Below are positions 1 to 9,161 of a stretch of 53,115 bases of DNA, piece by piece. The stretch is from assembly GCA_022769785.1 (NCBI GenBank), contig JALEIY010000129.1, forward strand, positions 1 to 53,115. Direction: 5' to 3'. The stretch comes from Eubacterium sp. GTDB taxonomy: Bacteria > Bacillota > Clostridia > Lachnospirales > Lachnospiraceae. A program made the position numbers and the translations under genes. The notes beneath the pieces were generated by a model. It searched no databases, was not told the DNA's origin, and saw only the letters and a list, made by a program, of their open reading frames with translations. The first letter of the stretch is position 1, and each line of letters opens with the position of its first letter.

Positions 1-1
1 T

Positions 2-595
2 CAGGAAGCAATTAAAATCTGGGAAGCAGAACGTGTCGATATGGTGCTTTTGGATATTAACCTTCCTGACGGAAGTGGCTATGAGCTTCTGAAGAAGATT
101 CGTAAGCAGTCGGAGATTCCGGTATTAATGATTACTGCCAATGATATGGAAGTGGATGAGGTTATGGGATTCACACTGGGAGCCGATGACTATATTACGA
201 AGCCCTTCAGTCTGATGGTTCTCCGGGCCCGGGTTGAGCGGATGCGAAAACGTTCCGGAGAAACGAAAAAGCAGGAAATATACCGGGATGAGGTTTATGA
301 TTTTAATTTTGACAAAATGCTTTTCCTGAAAGAGGGAGAAGAAGTGACTCTAAGCAAAACAGAGCAAAAGCTTCTTCGGGTGCTGACGCAGCATCGGGAA
401 CAGACCCTGACCCGTGAACAGCTTATGGATGCAATATGGTCAAATGATGCAGAGTTTGTCGATGAAAATGCGCTGTCTGTTGCAGTGAATCGTCTTCGGC
501 GAAAGCTGGAGAGCAGGCAGGGCGATTGCCCGATTCAGACGGTGTACGGACTGGGATATGTATGGAAGAAAAAAGCAGAAGGGATAACACAATGA
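2..595 (+). CDS. OmpR/PhoB-family response regulator (5'-truncated by window edge)
   Basis: Frame is open from position 2 (QEAIKIWEAERVDMVLLDINLPD). Receiver motifs LLDINLPDG and GADDYITKPF; winged-helix C-terminus VAVNRLRRKL...IQTVYGLGY. Confidence 0.95.
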   Translation, partial: QEAIKIWEAERVDMVLLDINLPDGSGYELLKKIRKQSEIPVLMITANDMEVDEVMGFTLGADDYITKPFSLMVLRARVERMRKRSGETKKQEIYRDEVYDFNFDKMLFLKEGEEVTLSKTEQKLLRVLTQHREQTLTREQLMDAIWSNDAEFVDENALSVAVNRLRRKLESRQGDCPIQTVYGLGYVWKKKAEGITQ

Positions 596-1455
596 TAGAA
601 TTTGGCAGTGGAAAAACTCTGCGAAGACTGGACGAGATGCTTGATGAGGCAATCAATGGCACCTTTGAGGAAAGCAGATATGATGAGACTGAATTGTCGA
701 GGCTGGAAGCAAAGTGGAAACAGTATCTTACCTCTTCCAAAATGTCCATGGAAAAAACGAAACAGGAAAAAGAAAATGTAAAAGCGCTGGTGTCGGATAT
801 CTCCCATCAGACCAAAACTCCTCTGGCAAATATATTGCTTTATGCGCAGCTTCTGGAGGAACAGACAAAGGACAAGGGAGAGAAGGAGCTGGCAGAGCAG
901 ATTGTCCGGCAAACCAAAAAGCTCGAGTTTCTTTTGCAGTCTCTGGTGAAGATGTCCAGACTGGAAACGGAAATGCTTAAAGTAATACCTCAAAAAGAAT
1001 CCGTGAAAAAACTGATACAGAGAGTTCTGTGGGAGATGGAGGAGAAAGCGCAGAAAAAACATATTTCTATTGTCAGCAGAGTGGAAGATGATATTCAGGC
1101 GGTGTTTGATTTAAAATGGACCCAGGAAGCTCTGGGCAATGTAGTGGACAATGCTGTCAAATATTCTCCGGAAAACAGTCGGATTGTAATCGAAGCAAAA
1201 TCCTGGAATTTTTTTGTCTGTATCAGTGTAAGCGATGAGGGAATCGGAATACCGGAAGAAGAACGGGCGCAGATTTTCGGACGATTTTATCGGGGAAGCA
1301 GAGTGACAGGGCAGGAAGGTGTAGGAATTGGTTTATATCTGACAAGAGAAATCTTGCAGCGGGAAGGCGGATATATCAAAGTTTTCTGCCTCAAAAAGGG
1401 GAGTCGGTTTGAATTGTACTTGCCCACGGAACGGGAAATCTGTCAAAACTGTTAG
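592..1455 (+). CDS. Sensor histidine kinase (HisKA + HATPase), no obvious transmembrane segment
   Basis: ATG at 592 overlaps the regulator stop (ATGA). H-box ISHQTKTPL, N-box NVVDNAVKYS, G1 DEGIGI, G2 GVGIGLYL. Confidence 0.93.
   Translation: MIEFGSGKTLRRLDEMLDEAINGTFEESRYDETELSRLEAKWKQYLTSSKMSMEKTKQEKENVKALVSDISHQTKTPLANILLYAQLLEEQTKDKGEKELAEQIVRQTKKLEFLLQSLVKMSRLETEMLKVIPQKESVKKLIQRVLWEMEEKAQKKHISIVSRVEDDIQAVFDLKWTQEALGNVVDNAVKYSPENSRIVIEAKSWNFFVCISVSDEGIGIPEEERAQIFGRFYRGSRVTGQEGVGIGLYLTREILQREGGYIKVFCLKKGSRFELYLPTEREICQNC
1440..1455 (+). promoter_or_regulatory. Possible response-regulator box upstream of the ABC transporter promoter
   Basis: CTGTCA-AAAC-TGTTAG resembles the TNACA-N4-TGTAA boxes of BceR-like systems. 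A TATAGT -10 candidate lies at 1488-1493. Confidence 0.35.
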
Positions 1456-1540
1456 ATTTCAGAAAGGCTCTGGAAAGAATGAAGGAGTATAGTGACCTTA
1501 TGGAAATAATTTCTGTAAGGTCATTATTATATCAGGAGGG

Positions 1541-2245
1541 ATGAAAATGAACGTTTTGCAGACCGAAAATCTGAAAAAATATTATGGCAGTGGTGAAACG
1601 TTGGTAAAAGCCCTGGATGGAATCAGTCTCACAGTGGAGCAGGGAGAATTTGTTTCGATTGTGGGAACCTCCGGAAGTGGAAAATCCACACTTCTTCATA
1701 TGCTGGGCGGTCTGGACTATCCGACCGATGGTACGGTTAAGGTACAAGGCCGGGATATTTCCGGATTAAAAGAGGAGGAACTGACCATATTTCGAAGAAG
1801 AAAGATTGGATTCGTGTTCCAGAGCTACAATCTGGTTCCGGTTTTGAATGTATACGAGAACATCGTTCTTCCGGTGGAACTGGATGGCAATCCGGTGGAT
1901 GCTTCTTTTACGGAAGAAGTAATTAAAATGCTTGGGCTGGAAGAGAAGAAGTTCAGTCTCCCGACCCAGCTTTCCGGTGGGCAGCAACAAAGAGTTGCGA
2001 TTGCCAGAGCGCTAGCGGCAAAACCTGCAATTTTACTGGCCGATGAACCAACGGGCAATCTGGATTCTGCCATGAGTCAGGATGTGTTAAGTCTGCTCAA
2101 GGTCAGCAGTGAGCGATTCGGCCAGACGGTGGTTATGATTACGCACAACGAAGAAATCGCTCAGCTGGCAGACCGTATTGTCCGGATTGAGGACGGAAAA
2201 ATTACATCAGATTCCCGGAATAAAGGCGGTGAAAAGGATGCGTAA
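1541..2245 (+). CDS. ABC transporter ATP-binding protein (LolD/MacB-type)
   Basis: Walker A GTSGSGKS, signature [14 protein letters not shown], Walker [12 protein letters not shown]; RBS AGGAGG. Confidence 0.96.
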   Translation: MKMNVLQTENLKKYYGSGETLVKALDGISLTVEQGEFVSIVGTSGSGKSTLLHMLGGLDYPTDGTVKVQGRDISGLKEEELTIFRRRKIGFVFQSYNLVPVLNVYENIVLPVELDGNPVDASFTEEVIKMLGLEEKKFSLPTQLSGGQQQRVAIARALAAKPAILLADEPTGNLDSAMSQDVLSLLKVSSERFGQTVVMITHNEEIAQLADRIVRIEDGKITSDSRNKGGEKDA

Positions 2246-4856
2246 GGTAAAAAATCATGCTGTAATCCGAAGGCTATCCGAGAAAAGCTTTCGGGCAAAT
2301 CGTGCCAGAAATCGTATTGCCATTTTGGCAATTGCACTTACTGCGATGCTTTTTTCCACCATTTTTACCATTGGAGTCGGGACTATGCAGAGCTTTCAGC
2401 GGGAAACCATGAGACAGTCCGGTGGAGACTGCCACGGGATTTTTAAAAATCTCAGTTGGGAAGAATTTGATACTCTGAAAAAACATCCTCTGCTAACCTA
2501 TAGTGCCCCGTGTATCCCTGTGGCATACGAGGTGAAAAATCCGGAATTTTTAAAGCGGCATCTGGAAGCCTGGTATTATCCGGAAAAGCATTATAAGCAT
2601 TGTTTTATAGAAATTATTGACGGAAAAGCGCCAAAAAAAGCAGAGGAGATTCTTTTGGATGAGGTTTCTTTGGAACTGATGGGGAAAAAACCCCGTGCAG
2701 GGCAGACAGTGACCCTTCAAATGCAGATTCACCCATCCGGAGAAATTCTGCAGCGGACCTTTACGGTAAGTGGAGTGACAAAAGCGGATTCTGCCATGAA
2801 TGTGGGATTTGCCATCATGTCAGAGGCATATCTTAAAAAATATGAGAAGGAGCTTTCTGCCGATACTTCGGAAGATGAGTATTCTGCTGTTGGAAAAATC
2901 CGGATGGATGTACATTTTTCCAACTCCTTTGGAATTCAGAAAAAATTAAATAAGGTGATTGAAGAAAATGGTTATTCCACCGACTCGGAGAGCCCGGATT
3001 ATATTGACTGTAATGCAAATTGGGCCTATGTGTCTGATGGTGCAGAAGCGGACCCGTTGACGGTTGGAGCAATCATTGGTGCTTTGTGTCTGATTCTCCT
3101 TACGGGCTATCTCATTATCTATAATATTTTTCAGATATCGGTTATGAAAGATATTCGATATTATGGACTGCTGAAAACTGTGGGAACCACGGGAAAACAG
3201 ATAAAACAGATTTTAAGAAGACAGGCATTGCTTTTGTGTTTTATGGGAATTCCCCTGGGCCTGCTTGCCGGATTCTTCCTTGGAAAATGGATTGTTCCCA
3301 TGTTTATGAAACTGAGCGCTTATGGCAGTGAGGATGCGGCAGTTTCCTTCCAGGTGTTTATTTTTGCCGGGGCAGCAGCTTTTGCATTGGTGACTGTATT
3401 CATTTCCATTCGAAAACCGGCCAAAATTGCGGCAAAGGTCTCACCGGTGGAGGCCGTTCGTTATACAGAAGGTGACATTCATACAAAAAAAGCAGGAAAA
3501 GAAAAGCTGAAAAAGACAACAGATGGCGGGAAAATATACCGGATGGCTTTGTCCAATCTGGCAAGAAGTAAGAGAAAGACAGCCATTGTCATTGTCTCAC
3601 TTTCTCTGGCAATTGTTCTGTTAAACAGTATTTTTACGGTAACTGCATCCTTCGATATAGATAACTATCTGAAAAAATTTGTGTCCTCCGATTTCTTAAT
3701 CGGTAATGCGAAATATTTTGGGATGGATCACTATTTTGGAATGGATGAGGAGGAAGCAGAAGAGGAAAATCTGTCTGAATCCTTTATCGAAGCCTGTGAA
3801 ACGCAAAAAGGCTTTGAGAAAGGAGGAAGAATTTACGGAACGGAGACAGTGTCGCTTTTTGCAAAAGACTGGAAAGCACCGGAATATCTTAAAAAAGATG
3901 AGAGTGGCAACTATTACCGAAAAGTTATTAAAGAGCCGATGCAAATAGATGAACATGGAGCATATTCAGGCTATACCGCTTTCTATGGATTGGAGGATTT
4001 CCCTTTAAGCGAGGCAGAAGTATATACGGGAGAAGAGAATCCGGATGTGATAAAAGAAAAGCTGGCTTCCGGAAAATATATTTTAAGTGCTGTGCCGGTG
4101 GATGATAACGGAGTGGTCGAAAAAGACTGGGTGGTTCATCAGCCGGGAGATATGGTGACGCTGGTAAATGCGGACGGAACAAAACGTCGTTTTCAGGTAT
4201 TATCCCTCATAAAACAGAACTATTACGGTCTGACAAATCGTATGGGTCATGAATTTATCTATTACACTACTGCCGATGTGTTTAAGGAAATGGCATCGGA
4301 GAAATTTCTGATGAGTTATGCCTTTGACGTAAAAGACAGCGAAGAAACGAGATTTCAGAGATTTCTTGAACAGTATACTACAGAGCAGGAACCTTTTATG
4401 GACTTCGAATCCAAACTGAAATGGGTGGAAGATTTCGAAGGTATGACAAGGCTGTTTACCCTGGTCGGGGGATTACTGACCCTGGTGGTTGGACTCATCG
4501 GTATTTTAAATTATATAAATACCATCCTGACCGGAATTGTGACCAGACAAAAAGAATTTGCTACAATGGAAGCCATCGGGATGACAAAAAAACAGTTAAT
4601 ACGGATGCTGATTCTGGAAGGTCTGTATTACGCCGGATTTACTGTTGTCACTTCCTTTGTGCTCGGTTGCCTGTTTTCGTTTACGGCAGTTCGGACACTT
4701 GCCGAAGGAATGTGGTTTATGAAATATCATTTTGTCCTCTGGCCGATGTTTTTTGTTTATCCGATTCTGTTTTTCATGGGAGCTGCCGTTCCGGCGGTGG
4801 TCTGCCGGACATGGAAAGATCAAAGCCTGGTAGAAATGATACGAAGAAATGAATAA
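2238..4856 (+). CDS. FtsX/MacB-type ABC transporter permease (two FtsX-like repeats)
   Basis: Start MRKVKNH overlaps the ATPase stop. Two hydrophobic repeats with YGLLKTVGTT and EFATMEAIGMT motifs and large extracellular loops. Confidence 0.92.
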   Translation: MRKVKNHAVIRRLSEKSFRANRARNRIAILAIALTAMLFSTIFTIGVGTMQSFQRETMRQSGGDCHGIFKNLSWEEFDTLKKHPLLTYSAPCIPVAYEVKNPEFLKRHLEAWYYPEKHYKHCFIEIIDGKAPKKAEEILLDEVSLELMGKKPRAGQTVTLQMQIHPSGEILQRTFTVSGVTKADSAMNVGFAIMSEAYLKKYEKELSADTSEDEYSAVGKIRMDVHFSNSFGIQKKLNKVIEENGYSTDSESPDYIDCNANWAYVSDGAEADPLTVGAIIGALCLILLTGYLIIYNIFQISVMKDIRYYGLLKTVGTTGKQIKQILRRQALLLCFMGIPLGLLAGFFLGKWIVPMFMKLSAYGSEDAAVSFQVFIFAGAAAFALVTVFISIRKPAKIAAKVSPVEAVRYTEGDIHTKKAGKEKLKKTTDGGKIYRMALSNLARSKRKTAIVIVSLSLAIVLLNSIFTVTASFDIDNYLKKFVSSDFLIGNAKYFGMDHYFGMDEEEAEEENLSESFIEACETQKGFEKGGRIYGTETVSLFAKDWKAPEYLKKDESGNYYRKVIKEPMQIDEHGAYSGYTAFYGLEDFPLSEAEVYTGEENPDVIKEKLASGKYILSAVPVDDNGVVEKDWVVHQPGDMVTLVNADGTKRRFQVLSLIKQNYYGLTNRMGHEFIYYTTADVFKEMASEKFLMSYAFDVKDSEETRFQRFLEQYTTEQEPFMDFESKLKWVEDFEGMTRLFTLVGGLLTLVVGLIGILNYINTILTGIVTRQKEFATMEAIGMTKKQLIRMLILEGLYYAGFTVVTSFVLGCLFSFTAVRTLAEGMWFMKYHFVLWPMFFVYPILFFMGAAVPAVVCRTWKDQSLVEMIRRNE

Positions 4857-4857
4857 A

Positions 4858-4909
4858 TAAAAAAGGGCATTCCGTCGTGACAAAATGTCATGCGGGAATG
4901 CTCTTTTAT
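4858..4909. terminator. Bidirectional intrinsic terminator between the convergent permease and asnA
   Basis: Long stem AAAAGGGCATTCC..CGTGACA-AAA-TGTCATG..GGAATGCTCTTTT with A- and T-tracts on either side. Confidence 0.85.
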
Positions 4910-4911
4910 CT

Positions 4912-5922
4912 TTAAAGAATTGTAATTCCTTTTTGTGCAGCTTCTTCATAAATCTCGTCAGGCCATACAGAAACCTGAATTTCGCCAATGTGTGCTTTCC
5001 GAAGGAAAAACATACAGATTCGTGACTGACCGATGCCGCCGCCGATGGTCTGTGGAAGCTTTCCTTCAAGAAGGGCCTTCTGGAACGGCAGTGCTGCCCG
5101 TTCTTCACATCCGGCTTTCTTTAACTGACTGGCGAGAGTTTCAGCATTTACACGAATTCCCATGGAAGAAAGCTCCAAGGCAATGTCAAGAACCGGATAA
5201 TACACCAGAATATCTCCGTTAAGCTGCCAGTCATCATAGTCCGGTGCCCGGCCGTCGTGCTTTTCTCCGTCAGAGAGGATATCTCCGATTTGCATCAGGA
5301 AAACGGCACCGTGTTTTTTTACGATTTCGTATTCCCTCTCTTTGGCAGAAAGACCCGGGTACTGGTCTAAAAGTTCCTGAGAGGTGATAAATGTAATTTC
5401 CTCCGGAAGGAAACATTCCACGTAGCTGTATTTGTTGGCTACATATTTTTCTGTGATACGAAGTGCTTCGTAAACAGCTTTTACGGTTTCACGAAGTGTC
5501 TGTTCATTTCTGCCCTCCGGGGAAATAATTTTTTCCCAGTCCCACTGATCGACAAAAATCGAATGGATATTATCGGTATCCTCGTCCCGGCGGATGGCAT
5601 TCATATCCGTATAGAGACCTTCGCCCACATCGAAACCATAGCGTTTCAGAGCGAGACGTTTCCATTTGGCAAGAGAATGCACAATCTCAAAAGGACTGTC
5701 ATTTTGTTCCTTTACACCGAAGCTGACCGGACGCTCCACGCCGTTTAAGTTATCGTTGAGTCCGGAATCCGGAGAAACAAAGAGAGGAGCGGAAACCCGT
5801 TTTAAATTAAGCTCCGCTGCAAGCTCTCTCTGAAAAAAATCCTTTACCTGTTTGATGGCAATCTGTGTATCCTTAAGATTCAGAAGAGGGCGGTAACCCT
5901 CCGGAATTGTAATCTGGCTCAT
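4912..5922 (-). CDS. asnA: Aspartate--ammonia ligase
   Basis: LNDNLNGVERPV, EIVHSLAKWKR, HSIFVDQWDWE, RAPDYDDW and TIGGGIGQSR motifs. Confidence 0.97.
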   Translation of the reverse strand: MSQITIPEGYRPLLNLKDTQIAIKQVKDFFQRELAAELNLKRVSAPLFVSPDSGLNDNLNGVERPVSFGVKEQNDSPFEIVHSLAKWKRLALKRYGFDVGEGLYTDMNAIRRDEDTDNIHSIFVDQWDWEKIISPEGRNEQTLRETVKAVYEALRITEKYVANKYSYVECFLPEEITFITSQELLDQYPGLSAKEREYEIVKKHGAVFLMQIGDILSDGEKHDGRAPDYDDWQLNGDILVYYPVLDIALELSSMGIRVNAETLASQLKKAGCEERAALPFQKALLEGKLPQTIGGGIGQSRICMFFLRKAHIGEIQVSVWPDEIYEEAAQKGITIL

Positions 5923-5958
5923 AAATAATCCCCTTTCTTTTCCGACATATAAAACGAA

Positions 5959-7350
5959 TTATAATTCACAGTTATTGACGGTTCTAGGGAATGGAATGAC
6001 ATCACGGATATTGCCCATACCTGTAAGGTACATGACGCAGCGTTCGAAACCGAGACCAAAGCCGGCATGACGGGCGGAGCCGTATTTCCGTAAATCCAGA
6101 TAGAAATCATAATCTTCTTTATTGAGATTGAGCTCATCCATACGGGCAGCCAGTTTATCGTAATCATCCTCACGCTGACTTCCGCCGATAATCTCACCAA
6201 TGCCCGGAACAAGGCAGTCCATAGCGGCAACGGTTTTGTTATCGTCGTTCATTTTCATATAAAAGGCTTTGATTTCTTTTGGATAATCCGTAACGAAAAC
6301 CGGACGTTTGAATTCTTTTTCTGTCAGATAACGCTCATGCTCTGTCTGAAGGTCACATCCCCAGGAAACCTTATATTCAAATTCATCGTTGTGTTTTTCG
6401 AGGATTTCAATGGCTTCGGTGTAAGTAACGTGGGCAAAGTCAGACTGTGCCACATGACGGAGACGTTCAATGAGCCCTTTGTCAACGAAGCGGTTGAAGA
6501 AATCCATTTCTTCCGGAGCATTTTCCAGGACATAGTTGATGATATATTTCAGCATACTTTCGGCGAGAATCATGTCATCGGAAAGGTCTGCAAAGGCCAT
6601 TTCCGGTTCAATCATCCAGAATTCGGCCGCGTGTCTGGTGGTATTGGAGTTTTCCGCACGGAAGGTCGGGCCGAAGGTGTAAATGTTTTTAAATGCCATG
6701 GCATAGGTTTCTCCGTTTAACTGACCGCTGACCGTCAGATTGGTTGGTTTGTTAAAGAAATCTTTGGAGAAATCCACGGTTCCGTCTTCGTTCTTCGGCG
6801 GATTGGACAAATCAAGGGTTGTGACCTGGAACATCTCACCGGCTCCTTCACAGTCACTTCCGGTAATCAGTGGGGTATGCACATAAACGAAATCTCTTTC
6901 CTGGAAGAACTTGTGAATCGCATAGGCAATCAGAGAACGGACACGAAATACTGCCTGGAAAGTATTGGTTCTTGGTCTTAAATGAGAAATCGTCCGGAGA
7001 TATTCAAAGCTGTGCCGTTTTTTCTGCAGCGGATAATCCGGGGCGGAAGGGCCTTCAATGACAACCTCTGCGGCCTGAATCTCAAAAGGCTGCTTTGCCT
7101 GTGGTGTCGGCACAAGCGTTCCTTTGATAATCAGTGCAGCGCCGACGTTCAGCTTACCGATTTCTGCAAAATTATCCAGTGTGTCAGAGTAGACCACCTG
7201 AAGAGGTTCAAAAAATGTTCCGTCATTTATCACAAGGAAACCGAAGGTTTTCGAGTCACGTTTGCTTCTAAGCCAGCCGCCGATGGTCACTTCTTTATTA
7301 TAATAGGACTCACGGCTGTGATATAATTCTTTGATTGCAGTCAATTCCAT
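5959..7350 (-). CDS. asnS: Asparagine--tRNA ligase
   Basis: OB-fold N-terminus, [24 protein letters not shown] and GFGLGFER class II motifs. Confidence 0.97.
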   Translation of the reverse strand: MELTAIKELYHSRESYYNKEVTIGGWLRSKRDSKTFGFLVINDGTFFEPLQVVYSDTLDNFAEIGKLNVGAALIIKGTLVPTPQAKQPFEIQAAEVVIEGPSAPDYPLQKKRHSFEYLRTISHLRPRTNTFQAVFRVRSLIAYAIHKFFQERDFVYVHTPLITGSDCEGAGEMFQVTTLDLSNPPKNEDGTVDFSKDFFNKPTNLTVSGQLNGETYAMAFKNIYTFGPTFRAENSNTTRHAAEFWMIEPEMAFADLSDDMILAESMLKYIINYVLENAPEEMDFFNRFVDKGLIERLRHVAQSDFAHVTYTEAIEILEKHNDEFEYKVSWGCDLQTEHERYLTEKEFKRPVFVTDYPKEIKAFYMKMNDDNKTVAAMDCLVPGIGEIIGGSQREDDYDKLAARMDELNLNKEDYDFYLDLRKYGSARHAGFGLGFERCVMYLTGMGNIRDVIPFPRTVNNCEL

Positions 7351-7422
7351 TTTGAAAGCTCCTTTGCTTTTTTATTTCATTTTACTCGTTTTGTATCCCG
7401 TTTTTTGAGACACCTAAGCCAT

Positions 7423-7451
7423 AGTCTACTATATTCTGAAAAAATGTGCAA
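7423..7451 (-). promoter_or_regulatory. Putative sigma-A promoter of asnS-asnA
   Basis: Minus strand TTGCAC-17 nt-TAGACT, about 70 nt upstream of asnS. Confidence 0.55.
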
Positions 7452-7498
7452 GAAAATCCACCGACATCATGGAAATTTACGTCAAACAGATTAATTTT

Positions 7499-8011
7499 CT
7501 AAAGTGTTTTTTCCTTTTCAAGCCGAAGCAAATATTCCTTTACGGAAAGGCCACCGCCAAATCCGGTAAGGGAACCGTTCTTTCCCAGGACACGGTGACA
7601 GGGGATAAGAATCAGAAGAGGGTTGTTGTGGCAGGCGCCTCCTACGGCACGGCAGGCTTTTGGATTGCCACATAAAGCGGCGATTTCACTGTAGCTTTTT
7701 GTCCGTCCGTAAGGAATTTGGCAAAGGGCATCCCATACCTTTTGCTGAAATGGAGTGCCTTCCGGACGAAGGGGAAGCTGAAAGCTTTTCCGTTGTCCTT
7801 TAAAATATTCCAGAAGCTGACGGTGGGCTTCGGCGATTAAAACAGTTTCCCGGTAATATTGCATATGTTCTTCCAGAGGAAATGAGTGTTTCTGATAAAG
7901 ATACAGGCCGGTCAGGGCATTTCCGGTTTCTTCAATCCGGATGAGGCCGATGGGAGTATCGTAATGATAATAAAATGGAAGTTCCCGACAGGTTTTTGTA
8001 TTTTCCGACAT
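7499..8011 (-). CDS. ogt: Methylated-DNA--protein-cysteine S-methyltransferase
   Basis: Active-site PCHRV, GTPFQQKVW and RAVGGAC motifs; RBS GAAGGAG before ATG 8011. Confidence 0.95.
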   Translation of the reverse strand: MSENTKTCRELPFYYHYDTPIGLIRIEETGNALTGLYLYQKHSFPLEEHMQYYRETVLIAEAHRQLLEYFKGQRKSFQLPLRPEGTPFQQKVWDALCQIPYGRTKSYSEIAALCGNPKACRAVGGACHNNPLLILIPCHRVLGKNGSLTGFGGGLSVKEYLLRLEKEKTL

Positions 8012-8107
8012 GGCAATTTCTCCTTCCGTTAGATTTGTTTTCATAAGCATAGCATAAAAGGAAGAAAATCGAAAGTTCATCCGGGCAGCAGTACATTTTG
8101 TCAGGAT

Positions 8108-8140
8108 TTGATTGTGGGGAAACTGTTTTTATGATATGAT
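8108..8140 (+). promoter_or_regulatory. Putative sigma-A promoter of the nifH-like/hyp operon
   Basis: Either TTGATT-16-TATGAT (8130-8135) or TTGTGG-17-TATGAT (8135-8140) with an extended TG. Confidence 0.5.
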
Positions 8141-8340
8141 AATGGCAACATATTTTTCTCCCTTTTTTGGGGGATTCATGTAGTCTGTCTGACCGGAAGA
8201 AGACAGTTCTGACCGGAAAGACGTAAGAGACAAAAGAATGAGAAGCATAATTGCGGCTCTGACGGCAAGGTTTGACCAAGCGGGAATAGCTGTGCAAGGC
8301 AGGATATATGGATTCATGTATGCTGCAAGGGGGATAGTGT

Positions 8341-8396
8341 CTCCTTTATTTCACAGTGCCCGGTGTCGGAGTGTTATGAGATAAAGGAGTTTTTTT
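8341..8396 (+). terminator. Attenuator-like hairpin plus U-tract that also sequesters the nifH-like RBS
   Basis: CTCCTTTATTTCA (8341-8353) pairs with TGAGATAAAGGAG (8377-8389). T7 follows, then the ATG at 8397. Confidence 0.75.
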
Positions 8397-9161
8397 ATGT
8401 TAAAAATCGCAATTTACGGAAAAGGCGGTATCGGGAAATCAACTGTCACTGCCAATCTGGCAGCGGCTTTTGCTAGCTTGGGTAAAAAAGTCATACAGAT
8501 TGGCTGTGATCCGAAAGCAGACTCTACCATTAATCTGCTTGGGGGAGAAACACCGATTCCCGTGATGAACTATTTAAGAGAATATGATGAGGCCCCGGAG
8601 ACCATAGAGGAGATTTCCAAAATCGGCTATGGCGGGGTGCTCTGTATTGAGACCGGAGGGCCGACACCGGGTCTTGGATGCGCCGGAAGAGGAATTATTG
8701 CTACCTTCCAGCTTCTGGAGGATATGGAACTTTTTGAGACAAGGAATCCGGATGTTGTGCTTTATGATGTGCTGGGGGATGTGGTTTGCGGCGGATTTGC
8801 TGCTCCGATTCGGGAAGGATATGCCAGTCAGGTTCTTATTGTGACCTCCGGGGAGAAGATGGCTCTTTATGCGGCGGATAATATTAATAAAGCAGTGAAG
8901 AATTTTGAGGACCGAAGCTATGCAAGAGTATACGGCATCGTTTTAAACCATAGAAATGTTGACCGGGAAAGGGAAAAGGTCGAGCAGTTTGCTCACAGTG
9001 CAGGACTCCCCATTGTAGGAGAGATACCGCGAAGTGATGAGATTACCTGTTACGAAGACAGGGGAATGACTGTCGTAGAAGGGAATCCCGATTCGGAGGT
9101 CAGCCGTGCATTTTTGTCTCTGGCAGAAGAATTGCTGACATTGGAGGAGGAAAAAGAATGA
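8397..9161 (+). CDS. Nitrogenase iron protein-like ATP-dependent reductase (NifH/FrxC/CfbC family), copy 1
   Basis: [23 protein letters not shown] (Cys97 equivalent) and DVVCGGF (Cys132 equivalent). Confidence 0.96.
   Translation: MLKIAIYGKGGIGKSTVTANLAAAFASLGKKVIQIGCDPKADSTINLLGGETPIPVMNYLREYDEAPETIEEISKIGYGGVLCIETGGPTPGLGCAGRGIIATFQLLEDMELFETRNPDVVLYDVLGDVVCGGFAAPIREGYASQVLIVTSGEKMALYAADNINKAVKNFEDRSYARVYGIVLNHRNVDREREKVEQFAHSAGLPIVGEIPRSDEITCYEDRGMTVVEGNPDSEVSRAFLSLAEELLTLEEEKE

Noticed and set aside
7351-7498. T-box leader for asnS
   Set aside because: The leader after the promoter candidate is only about 70 nt and has no GGTGGTACCGCG-like T-box sequence.
8081-8125. NiCo riboswitch-like fragments (CCGGGCAGCAG...TGTGGG)
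   Set aside because: The 5' CTGAGCAGGC-type element and four-way junction stems are missing, and the segment overlaps or precedes the likely promoter.
8279-8305. Cobalamin riboswitch-like GGGAA...TGCAAG segment
   Set aside because: No CCCGC/ACTGT or GCCACTG B12-box elements follow, so the match is too partial to call.
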